56,059 bases of DNA from Catajapyx aquilonaris (lineage: Eukaryota). Within the stretch, counting starts at the first letter, position 1, and each line of letters starts with the position of its first letter. A model generated the notes under the pieces. That model ran no database searches and was not told the DNA's origin. It saw only the letters and a list, made by a program, of their open reading frames with translations. Shown here one piece after another: positions 1 to 48,737 of this stretch. The DNA lies in contig KZ538774.1 of assembly GCA_000934665.2 (NCBI GenBank), positions 1 to 56,059 of the forward strand, written 5' to 3'. The position numbers and the translations under genes were made by a program.

Positions 1-978
1 CCTTGAACAACAACAAAATTCCGCCTGCGGCGTGCTCATTCGGTTTGGGGAGGGAGGGGGGGCTAAATCTGAAATTACTTTCTAGGGGGCCCCGATGTGG
101 CAAAGTTTGAGATGCGAGGTGGCTCTCCTAAGGGTACGAGTAGGGCGTGCCAAATGAACCATAATGTTACACAAAAAATACCATAATTTCGTACAGCCCA
201 ATGTTACTCTGTAATTCCACTTCCATGAAAAAAGTGCTACGGTACCAATTTCGTCAAATACACACCCCGACACACCTATTCAAATCTTCCAGTCAGTTAC
301 ATTCACCTAAGCACCTTGAACGAAAAATTTTCGCCTGCGGCGGGCTTCCTCCCCGCCATTTCCGACTTCTACTCTTTCATTGAAGTACATTTCATTTAAA
401 TTAACTCTCATTTTAATTAAATACGCGATTTTGGCAATGGCTGTGAGAAAGGTGTAGCCTATACGTCTATCTTTGAACGTCATCTATCGCCCCTGGCATG
501 GTATAGGGGGTGCGATGACGAGGACCAACTGTCTTCAAAGGGGTGCGGAGGCCCGAAAAGGTTAAGAACCACTGGCCTAAACCGTGTCCACCGCAAGTCC
601 ACCGTGTCCCCCCCCCCCCCNCCCCCCCCGCCTGCCCTGATGTTTCCGGGGGCGGCAATTTCAGGACTGGCCTAGGGCGGCAAAGAAGGCTAATCCGCCC
701 CTGCATTCAAAACAAATCAATAAGAACATGTGGGACAATAGTAGACAATGTCCAGGGTCAGAAAGGTGGAGTTTTCTTTTCTTGACGCACCAGGAGGAAC
801 TGGAGGAGCAGTCAGACTCCAGCTTGCGGTTCGATCAGATCGCACATTACTTCCTTCCCTTCGTGGGCTCTGAACTGAACAGGTGGCTCGAATTCAGTAC
901 ATATTATAGTGGTTGGTTTAACGTCACCCCCGTGTGTTATTATAACATTTCTATACGTGGTGTCTGTCCTTTGTTCAC

Positions 979-1160
979 TGTTTTGTACTCACATTGAGTT
1001 TCACATTCGAGTTTAACCACTGTTGCATTGGTTGCGAGACTGTTGATGTAGTTAGGGGATGACGATGTTTTGTACTCACATTGAGTTTCACATTCGAGTT
1101 TAACCACTGTTGCATTGGTTGCGAGACTGTTGATGTAGTTAGGGGATGACGATGTTTTGT
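979..1160. repeat. Tandem repeat, 2 x 87 bp
   Basis: Identical units start at 979 and 1066; a partial third unit starts at 1153. Confidence 0.92.
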
Positions 1161-1588
1161 TTATAATTGAAAGAGTTTCATTTCGGCCGCCATTATTGCA
1201 AAATTATTGCAAAGGTAACTTCCAAATGAATGAGTTACTGATGTTACTCCTATGGAAAAGTATTTCATAACCAGAGCAACGCCGCGCCGGGTATCCTGAT
1301 ACTATAATAAGGACATTCAAAGTTCAAGAACGAAAAAGTAGTTTATTTAGCTTCCATATGAAATGATACATTATTGACAGTTTTGCCATCGCAAAATGAA
1401 AGTCCTCGCAGCTGCAGTCCTTCGGATGGCAATGGTCAAGCCTATACAATAATATAATATGGAATGTTATAATAACTACACACTGGTAAAGTAGGAAGGA
1501 TTTGGTCCGCGATCTTCCTGACTTCGCTTGGTCCGCGGATGTGGTCCTTGTTCAGTCCCTGCTTCCTCCAGGCCAATATGCGACGTTC

Positions 1589-2042
1589 CTAAACTACTTC
1601 CTCAGCAGATCTCAGCATGAAGTGGCCAGCTGGTACTGGTCCATTTGCTGGTTGACTTCGTGGTCCAACTCCATTGAGTGAAGCAGATGGTGCCGGGATA
1701 TCACGATCGTGCCACTGAGACAAAAACAAGAACTCTCAATCACTTTATTCCGATCTGGATAAAGTTTCGTTATAGTTGCTATCATCCGTACACAAGAACC
1801 ACACACAGACTGTGCACCACCAGCACAATCATTTGTGGCTAAAAACTTACCTGCGAGATTTCGAAGGCCGTCCATATCATCAACATAAAAAATCCCGCGA
1901 AGAGGACGACATATGCTGCCGTCTTATGTCTGCCGTCCAGATCATGACGGTAGAAAATGTGGAACTGCAATAGTATTCCCGAGACAAGATGTATTATGGC
2001 TGATAGGAATAACACAGCAGAGAGTTTGAATAGCCGTGACAT
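1589..2042 (-). CDS. Candidate two-exon orphan gene, 105 aa, two hydrophobic segments plus Pro/Gly-rich tail
   Basis: Exon 2042-1851 ends at a consensus CAG|GTAAGT donor. The 136-nt intron ends gagttcttgtttttgtctcag. Exon 1714-1589 stays in frame to TAG. Upstream CCAAT (~2210) and TATTTAT (~2153); AATAAA on the - strand at 1347-1342. Confidence 0.55.
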
Positions 2043-2912
2043 GACTGCTGGCTTCTTCCTTGCTATGAGAGATGTTGAACCGACACAGTCACGGGTACTG
2101 GATGATATGAACTGTGAAGTGCCAGGCTCTGTCGTGCTCTAGGTGCGAAATAAATACGTGTCACCCCTCGCCACTCCTGGTGTCGTCCTTAACTTTCTGG
2201 CCGCGCCTCATTGGCTGGGACAAATACCTCATTCGTAAGGCAGACTATATATTCATTATTCGAGCATTGTTTCATTTGTTTTCGTCCTCTTTGTACGACA
2301 ACTGCTGGTGCTGGAATTCTTGGAATGTTTCTTTGGTCTCCTTATAGCTATTTGTCAGAAATGAGGTTGTGCAGGCCAGCCTCTCGCATTTGAAGAGATC
2401 AGGTTTAGAACAAGTTTTATTGGTAACGAGAGAAAATTAAAGAAATATTTGAAATGCAGAACGATCAGAGTCACATCTTGCATATAACTATATAAGACTA
2501 TTATAAAGCTGAAAGTTTGTCCATACAGCTACCTAACCCACTTTCAAAGTCCTGAGCGTGAGTTCTGAAACTTATTGGCACACCTAACGTCTTACGTGAC
2601 GATGATTGAGGGAAAAGTCAGAAAACCGCAATTTTTTTAAAGTCTATAAATATACTACCCCAAATGTAGTTCAAAAACTATATGACGTTTGTGTCTCATC
2701 TGCGGCATTTGTGGCACAGATTTCTTTTAGTTATCAATCACCGTGCGAAAAACGGGTCTGGGAGCCTTCTAGTTTTGGTATAAATCGAGAAAGAAATTTT
2801 GCAATGGAATTACATATAAATTGTGTAAAATGTATGCTGGAATAGTAAATTTTGATGGTCAAATCAGTTTTATGAGAAGGCAATTACAGCCCCACCCCCA
2901 CCCCCGAAATAT

Positions 2913-2978
<66 letters not shown>
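2913..2978. repeat. (ATC)n microsatellite
   Basis: Pure run. Confidence 0.97.
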
Positions 2979-2980
<2 letters not shown>

Positions 2981-3758
2981 TCCTCCACCTCATTTGCCAC
3001 ACTATGGCACTGCGCACCATCTCTCGGCCACCACCAGGAACAGCCATCGATCTGACCAGCTCACTGACCCGACAATCAGCGCCACCTACTACCCAATACA
3101 CCAATCACATCAGCAGGTGACGTCATCTGCAGCCCTCCAGACTTGAACTCCCAGGAAAACCCCATCACCAAAGTTGACCCCTAGCTGACCCATCCTTCTT
3201 TTTTATATATATACTCATCTCCTGTGCCCATTCCTCCAGGAATCGATGACTCAATATTGCTCTCCCTTCCAGCTAGCAGAAATGATGATGAAATAAGGGT
3301 GAGCCATCCAGACTCCATTGTTGATGTACCCACCAGAGGCGCTGGCATCGTGGGAATTTGTAATAGGGAGGGATAGGGGGTGGCCGGGGTGTCTCCCCCT
3401 GAAACGGGTTAGTCGGTGGCGAGTCACTCGCGGGGGAGGACGGTGGGAAAATATAAAGCACACCCGCATACCCCCCTCCCCCCCCAACCAATATATCCTG
3501 TCACCCCCAGCCCCGCCTTCCCCCACTCCCTCCTTCAATATTGCTCTTTCCAAAATATATGTTGGTGTCCATGTGTGCGTTTGGGTGCGTGTGCGTGCGT
3601 GATGCGTGCTCCGGACAATGCGGGTCCAGTTGTTCACCAAAAATCAGACCGGGTCGTTGGTTTTTACAAGTAGTGATTAGAGGTGACTAGTGTTACAATT
3701 TTCAAACACAATACATTCGAACACAAAAACACCAGGGTATTGCTTCCAAGTCACCGAC

Positions 3759-41514
<37,756 letters not shown>

Positions 41515-42632
41515 ATTAAACTTCTTTAAAAGAAAAATCTGCAAGCTACGTATTGCTTTCCCTTTTAAGTTTTTGCTCTACTTAATTTTCTAAAGATGTT
41601 TGCTGCTGTTTCTCTTTCTGGGGAACTTGCTGTGCATAATGTAAATGGAAAATTTCATGTAGGCTACATTTTTTCCCTGTGAAGAATTAGAGTGGGGTTG
41701 GGATGGTGCGAGGGGTTTGCACTCAGTGGTATGTTACTTAATCTCTCCACTTTTTTCTGGTTTTGTTAGGTGGGTAGGATTTGAAACTCTGGGAGTTATA
41801 CTCATGTCTAGTCGAGTGATTGTGGAGGAAAGGATGAGTTAGTCACGTTCAATTGAAGTCAGGGTTGCAATTTTTGTTGTTGGAGGGGATCACTCCTTCG
41901 CTCTTGGCATTTAAAAATATACCGTGTTGCCTGTGGTTCAAGTTGGAATCAAGCGAGATCTGAAGACACTGGCATTTTGTGGTATCAATGATATATTATA
42001 TGAAAAAAAGAAATACGTATATATAATACCATTAATCGCATAATGTGTGCATGTATGTATATGTGAGTATGTGTGAAATTACCTCCCCCAGCCCAAAAAA
42101 GAGTTTTAAAAAACCAGTTAACCTGCTGATTTTCAAGAAGTTTGTTAAGCAGTGTGGGTTTTAAATTGCACTGGCTGGGACACACCTTTTAAATTTGCAG
42201 TTTTTCAGTCCTGTTCCCATTCCCAACAGGGATTTATTTTATGACTGTCACTTGTTGCCATAGCAATTGCATTTTATTTTTTATTTTTGTTGCCATGCAG
42301 CCATGGCAAAAGTGTGTATCCTGAAGAATGGCTTTGCATTTGAGAAGTCCTTAGGAGAAAAATTTTTGCCAAAGGATGTACGCTAAAAAATTACATCCCC
42401 ACAACAATGTAATGACAAACTTTGTGCAACTGGAATGTAAGATTTATTTATGACATGTTTTACAAGCTAACAAAATGAATGGGAGCGGTACTTACATGTG
42501 AACATTTTTGCTGCACTGGATTCATGTTAAAAAGAGATTTTTAAACTTATTTATTTAGCATTATTTTTATTTCATTATTTTGATAGCAGAGCAACTCCAT
42601 GGTGCTTAAATGAAGGCAGAATTGCTCTGGAC

Positions 42633-42901
42633 AATAAACAAATAAATAAATTTAACAAAACAAACCAAAACAATTGACTCAAAGGTTAAAAGAGTAACCT
42701 CTACAGGGAATTATTGCAGTGAGAAAGCTGCTCCTTTTAACAGTACTCTTTTCTCTGTAAATGCATTGTTAGTTTTTCTTACCCCATTGTAGCTCTTTAG
42801 ATGCTTTTCAAGGGGTCCATTAGCCAAGTCCAAAGAGTTGACAAGTCCTTAGGCTTACGTGAAACTAAAAACTGTTTTGTAAATGTAATTTATTTAATAA
42901 A
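42633..42901 (+). promoter_or_regulatory. Candidate polyadenylation signals of the myosin 3' UTR
   Basis: AATAAA cluster at 42633-42650 and another AATAAA at 42896-42901, 1.1-1.4 kb after the stop in an AT-rich, ATTTA-containing region. Confidence 0.45.
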
Positions 42902-43656
42902 TACAATACCAGAATAATGTGGCATAATATCCCTAATTTTTCCAGTTACATGAGTATTTCGCACTATTTGTTTCTTGACTTCATCTCTTTGGAAAACAAC
43001 TTATGCAACATAACTAGCATCTTTTGGATCCTCAGGAAGTTTCCAGAAGAAATATATACCATATATGCAAACTAAGTGCTGTAATTGCAATCCCAAGCAG
43101 AAAGGTTTTCTTAGACAGAATGTGTGGGCATACATCCATTGCAGCTTCATTGCTGTTGCCCAGTTTAAGTACTACATGAATTCTCAGTTCAAATCACAAA
43201 GGCAGAAGGGTAGGGGTACCTGTGCAAACTAGAGGACTTTTCCAGGTGGATATAATTATCATGGAAGCAATGCATGTGCAGCTTTCATACAACTTCTCCT
43301 TCCAGTCATTTCTAGCAGTGATGGAATTTCTTGCTCACTCTTGATCCTGCAACATATTGCCTGGCAAACTCCCCTAGATGTACACACACTCCCTCTGTCG
43401 CTAGTTGGAATGATACGTAAAATACTCCAACACTACTGGAATTCCCATTGTTCTCTGCTGTTCCGGTGGTATCCACAGTGACACACACAAGTGACTAAAA
43501 ATGAGGTGCATTCTACAGACGAGGATCTGTCAAAATTTCTAATGAGACGCCCATTGCAGAAGCCACAGATTTTGGCAGGTATGCTCTTGGCAACCGTGCG
43601 CTGCGAAGTAGCCTGGGAAGTAGTTATGTTGGGCACCCCGAGAATCAGGACATGCG

Positions 43657-44480
43657 ATGGAAGCAGCAACCTGCACGTCGATCTGAGCTGGCTCTGGCTA
43701 CGTCCCAGGAGAGGCCATGCTCATAAACCTAATGTAGTTATAATAAATAATTATAATTGTGGGTAATGCTTTCACCCCTTACAGGGTATATCGCATGAAC
43801 CTTTATTTTATTTTCCAATTTTTCTTTTAACTTCCACTCCGGTGCAAGGAATCAAGGAATTTGGGTAAGGATATAGGGATTTTTCGGGGAGGGGACACGG
43901 GTGCAGGTGCAATGTCGTTAAATGGGCCATGTGCAGTCCCCCAGGAGGTTAGGTTGCCAGACACCTCCTTGGTGCAGGTCAGAGACCCTGACTACTCATA
44001 AACCTAATGTTGTCACACGGCAGCAACTTCATGGTGAGCATGTCGGCAGTGCTGAGGCAGGTGGGGGAGTTCCGCATTGCTGGGGGTGACGCAGGGAGAG
44101 ACAGCAGAGTCCGTCTGGAGAAGAAGGACGTAGCAAAGGTCACAGACTTGAACATCCGGCCAGACAGTGCTGTGATCTGGTCCGAGAAGAGGCTCGAAGT
44201 GCCACTGGGTTTGCCTCCCACTGGTCTGGGAGGAGATTGCGGCCTCATCACAGTGCGCTACGAACTGAAGGTCAGGCACACTTCAAGCCTTAATTATTTT
44301 CATGTCCTCTCTCAGGTGATCGCAGAGCCTGACGGCATCTTCCGCCTGCGACTCCCCTTCACTCTGGGCACTGTCCCGTTGGGTCCATCAGCAGAAGCAT
44401 CACCTGCTTCTGGTGAACAACAAAATTGGCTTGGCCGGAATGAGAAAGAAGTGACAATGAGTCTTGCGCCTTCCATGTGA
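43657..44480 (+). pseudogene. Arrestin-domain copy A, disrupted
   Basis: Exon-1-like sequence (NLHVDLS) jumps directly to SGYVPGEAMLINL, a large deletion. A 259-bp insertion follows, then arrestin-C sequence. The paralogs' AAT TGA stop reads AAT TGG here. Confidence 0.75.
43736..43994 (-). mobile_element. 5'-truncated retroelement insertion in arrestin copy A
   Basis: Exact 16-bp direct repeat CTCATAAACCTAATGT at 43720-43735 and 43995-44010; AT-rich end at the left boundary. Confidence 0.75.
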
Positions 44481-44566
44481 GTTGAGGGAAAAGGTACAAT
44501 AAGTACTGCATAGAAATAATTAAATTATGTGTCCATTGTAGTATTAAAATGGAGTGGTCGCTAGTT

Positions 44567-45440
44567 ATGTCAGCCAATAATCGGGTTGGAAGCCCGGTCG
44601 ACCTGAATCACCTGTTCAGCGATCTGAGCTGTCCTGAACGGACATACTATCCAGGGGACACTGTGTTTGGGGAAGTCATCCAAGCCACCAACAAGCCATA
44701 TCGAGGTATGAAAATGCCCAAAAGTACTAAATGTGGACGAAACAATACAGCTTTAAAGGGAAGTACTACTGTGTGTCCTACAAAATATGTGCCATAGCAT
44801 TATTCCTCCCCATGGACGTTTGGACCATTCTATCTGGAAGGACTTGATGGTCGTTGTGGACCTTGACCTCAATGCAAGGCCCGAGGCGATGCAGGAGATG
44901 GTGCGTCAGAGTTGCAGTCGCTTCAGCTGCCTCTGGCGCAGGCCAAGAGAGTACTCCGTTGCCATCAGACCTTTGATCAGACTCCCTCGCTCTGGATACG
45001 TCCCAGGAGAGGGCTTTCTCATAAACGCAATGGCGATCAATGGCTGCAATAACTTGAGCATGACGGCAGTGCTGAGGCAGGTGGTGGAGCTCCGCTTTGT
45101 TGTGGATGACGCAGTGAGAAACCGCACTGTCTCTGTGAACAAGAAGGAGTGCGTGGCGAAGGTGTCAGACCTGGACATCCAGCCAGACGGTGCCGTCCTG
45201 TGGTCCGAGAAGAGGCTGCAGGTGCCACTAGGTCTGCCTCCTACTTTTCTGGGAGGCTACACCCGCTTCATCATAGTGCGCTACAAACTGAAGGTGAGGC
45301 ACACTTCAAGCCGTAATTATTTTCATGACGTGGCGTACTTGTACCTCCTCAGGTGGGTGCAGATCCTCATACGCCTGAGATAACCCATTGTTCTGGGCAC
45401 TGACCCTCTGCAGCCATGGGCTGGTGAACATCAAACTTGA
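44567..45440 (+). pseudogene. Arrestin-domain copy B, disrupted
   Basis: Exon-1 homolog (CPERTYYPGDTVFGEV) is present; exon 2 and the start of exon 3 are missing; frameshift near 44790; last exon is frameshifted with an in-frame TAA. Confidence 0.75.
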
Positions 45441-45677
45441 CAGCGTAACGACCCTGTAATGGATACATGGAGTAAACGTGTGTCTATTGCAGTATTGAGG
45501 TACCAAGGTTATTCAAAAGCACCAGACATCAACATCAGCTCTATTTCAAATTTTGGCGCGTTGCTATCTGGCAACCCTGCGTAACGAGTAGCTGCTTATT
45601 TTTCATCCTCCCGATAATAACGGCTATATTTCCACCAACAGTTAGTTAAACTGGACTACATTTTCTGAATAAGAAGA

Positions 45678-46788
45678 ATGGTCGTCCAGAACTGCCTGTC
45701 CATCGAGCTGGGCCGTCCCGAACGGACGTACCGGCCAGGGGAGAAGGTGTCCGGAGATGTAGTGTATGCAACGAACAAGACGTATGCATCACATCAAGGT
45801 ACCAGTACGACAACAATGCCCATAGAACAAAATAATGCGGAATGTGGCTTTCCAGGTATTGCTGTGGAGATAGTTGGGAAGGCACATGTAGAATGGCGTC
45901 GAGGCGTGTTCAGGTCCAACTACATGGCCGAGGAGATCTACTTCAGGATGCGCATTGTGCTCAGTCAAAGTACGGAGCATAACCTGCCCTTTTAATAAAA
46001 CGATTACATTGTAATGAATTTTGCAGGTGGTTCCGCTCTGGTTCCGGGAACGCACAGGTTTCCTTTCTCGTACACCCTGCCACTTGGGATTCCATCCAGC
46101 TTCAGTGGAAAGTACGGCAGCGTGTCCTACAAAGTACGTGCCATTGCTCCGCCTGGACGTTTGGACCTGAAGGACCGTACTGTTCAGATGGAGTTCATGG
46201 TTCTTGCGGAGATTGACCTCAATGCAAACCCCAATAGGGCGATGGTGGAGGTGGTGCGGGAGGGTCGCAGCCATTTCAGCTGCCTCTGGTGCAGTTCAAG
46301 GCCGTACTTCGTTGCGATCAGACTCCCTCGCTCTGCGTACGCCCCAGGAGAGGCCATACGCATAAACGCAGAGATGATTAACGACAGCGAGATCCTGGTG
46401 AGAGTCACGGTGGTGCTGAGGCAGCTGCTGGAGTTCCACTTCGTTGGGGACAACTCAGCAAGAGATGGAAAAGTCCATGTGAAGAAGAAGGACGTGGCTA
46501 AGATTTCAGAGTTGAACATCCAGCCAAATGGTGCTGTGATCTGGTCTGATGAGAAGCTGGATGTGCCCCTGGATCTGCCTCCGACTGGTCTGGGAGGCAA
46601 CTGCAACCTCATCAAAGTGCGCTACGAACTGAAGGTGAGGCGCACTTCAACCTGTAATTATGTTCTTACCCTGACATACTTGTGCCTCTCAGGTGAGCGC
46701 AGAGCCTGGGGGCCTCCGCCTGCGACTTCCCATTGCTCTGGGCACTGTCCCGTTGCGTCCACTGGCTTCTGGTGAACACCGGAATTGA
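45678..46788 (+). CDS. Arrestin domain-containing protein (alpha-arrestin/ARRDC-like), copy C, apparently intact, 312 aa
   Basis: Exons 45678-45798, 45856-45969, 46027-46634, 46693-46788 (939 nt, GT-AG). Arrestin-N motifs TYRPGEKVSG and GTHRFPFSYTLPLGIPSSFSGKYGSVSYKVRA; arrestin-C motifs AYAPGEAI.I and LPPT...CNLIKVRYELKV...LPIALGTVP. Confidence 0.88.
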
Positions 46789-47538
46789 CTTGGTCGCATG
46801 AGCCAGAATAAGACGAAGGAGTGAGCATACTGATTCCTCGATATCGTCAAGCAGTGTTCAAAAGTTTGCATTTATAAGGGTGGGCCAACTAGCATATCAG
46901 TCAAAATGGTGCGCATATGCATAGTATGGGTGAAGCTAAAGTGGTGAAACATTACTACATGTTAAAATGCGTACAAAGGACGCAGAAGCGTCACGTTGAA
47001 ACTGATGCAATTGGCACCGTTATTGTCGTTCAAGTTCCTTGATAATAGCGCAGTATTTTGATGTACATTTTCTGCTATTGTAACCTGTTAAACGTATGGT
47101 AAAGTACCTGATGATTCAGTCATGTGTTTCTGTTTTGAGTTATCAATTTGTAATTGTTGTCGTAATGACTTCGGGAGCTTCTTCAGCTATGCGATATCAC
47201 CCATTAGAAATACCTGATGGAATTACAGATGGTAGAAACAATGCAAGTTGATGGAAAAGACACTGGATAGAAAGTGTTGTAACATGTGAAGTATGTGTAG
47301 CCTACATTTTGCAGTATTAAAGTTGTTTTCCCACCCATTAATCCTGATTTATTCTATATTGCTGTTACAATGGTACCCACGGTGAGAATCGGCCAACAAT
47401 CAGGCCAGCTAGTGGTGCATTCTACTGACAAGCATCCAAAATTCTTAGTGTGAGTTGAGGCCCAGTGAGCTGCTCAGTTTTTAGTGTGTTTCGAACGCTC
47501 ACGTGGTAGGAAAGCTCGTTTGGTAAATTGGACACGGC

Positions 47539-48055
47539 ATGGCCGGCCTGAACTGCCTGGACGTTCAACTGAGCTGTCCCAACCAGACATACCGTCCAGG
47601 GGACGCTGCGTCAGGGCAGGTTGTCTGCGGAACAACTGCGCCACGTTTTTCAATTCCAGGTATGAATGCACAGATTTATAGTTTTAAAAATGCAAGTACG
47701 GACTAATTCCTGTGTACGTGTTTTCAGGTATTGCTGTGGAGATAGTCATGGACCTGGACATCCAGCCAGATGGTGCTGTGATCTGGTCCGACGAGAAGTT
47801 GCAGGTGCCACGTGGTCTGCCTCTGACTGGTCTGGGAAGCGACTGCAACCTCATTAAAGTGCGCTACGAACTGAAGGTGAGGCACGCTTCAAGCCGTTAA
47901 TTATTTTCATGCCCTGACGTACTTGTGCTTCTCAGGTCCAGATCAGCGCAGATCCTAGCAAGATCCGCCTGCGACTTCCCATCACTCTGGGGACTGTCCC
48001 TTATTTGCAGCCATCGGCAGAAGCATCGCCTGCTTCTGGTGAACACCAAAATTGA
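47539..48055 (+). pseudogene. Arrestin-domain copy D, internally deleted but in-frame (129 aa mini-arrestin or pseudogene)
   Basis: Exons 47539-47659, 47728-47876, 47936-48055 have intact splice sites. The start of exon 2 (GIAVEIV) is fused in frame to the end of exon 3 (DLDIQPDGAVIWSDEKL). Confidence 0.7.
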
Positions 48056-48284
48056 CATGACTATTATGCTCATTTTGCAGTATTAAAGTATTCCCCCTCA
48101 TGCCATGGCCAGTGCCATGGTGACTCGTAATCAGCCAACAATTGGACAACAACAATGGTTGGCTAGCGGTGCATTCCACTGACAAGGGTGAACATTCTTC
48201 AATGAGTTGAGGACCAGTGAGCTGCTCAGTTTCCCAATTTTGACGTGTTTCGGACTCTCACGTGTTAGTTAAATTGGACACGTC

Positions 48285-48581
48285 ATGGCCGATCTGAACT
48301 ACCTGTCCGTTGAGGTGAGCTGTCACGAACATACATATCATCCCAGGGACGCTGTGTCGGGGCATGTCATTTACGCAACAAATAAGCCATGTTGTTCACA
48401 TCAAGGTATGAAAATAATGCTCAGATTTAGAGTTAAAATATTGACTAATTACCGTACATGGCTTCCAGGTATTGCTGTGGAGATTGTGGGGAAAGCGCGT
48501 GTAGAGCGGCAGCTACAACTACAAGACGGACGAGATTTACCTCAGGACACGCATCATTCTCAACCTGAGTACGTAATATGA
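48285..48581 (+). pseudogene. Arrestin-domain copy E, 5' fragment only
   Basis: Exon 1 is 48285-48405. Exon 2 from 48469 is frameshifted (NYKTDEIYLRTRIILNL in the alternate frame matches copy C NYMAEEIYFRMRIVLSQ). No downstream exons before the tRNA. Confidence 0.75.
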
Positions 48582-48665
48582 CATGTCAAAAATCGTAACC
48601 TGAATAACGTGGAAGAGGTAGCACAGGAAGGGGAAAAAAAGACACTTGAAAATAGAAGAAAATAA

Positions 48666-48737
48666 TAGAGGTGCCTGGGATCGAACCCGGGACCTTTCGC
48701 ATGCAAAGTGAACGCTCTACCACTGAGCTACACCCCC
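48666..48737 (-). tRNA. tRNA-Ala(TGC): tRNA-Ala (anticodon TGC), possibly a pseudogene
   Basis: GGGGGTGTAGCTCAGTGGTAGAGCGTTCACTTTGCATGCGAAAGGTCCCGGGTTCGATCCCAGGCACCTCTA folds as a cloverleaf with G3:U70, intact A and B boxes and a downstream TTTT. It carries G1:U72, an A-C mismatch in the anticodon stem and a G-A mismatch in the T stem. Confidence 0.88.

Noticed and set aside
979..1160. CRISPR-like array
   Set aside because: Only two contiguous identical units, no spacers, no cas genes, eukaryotic context.
2821..3120. Poly-Ser and poly-Asp ORFs (likewise poly-Ile/Tyr and SL/ER ORFs at 9.7, 12.8 and 50.1 kb)
   Set aside because: Microsatellite translations with no splice or homology support.
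3452..3457. TATAAA as the myosin core promoter
   Set aside because: No initiator at the expected spacing; cannot be supported without TSS data.
46184..46615. Antisense ORFs over arrestin and myosin exons
   Set aside because: Shadow ORFs caused by codon bias of the sense genes.
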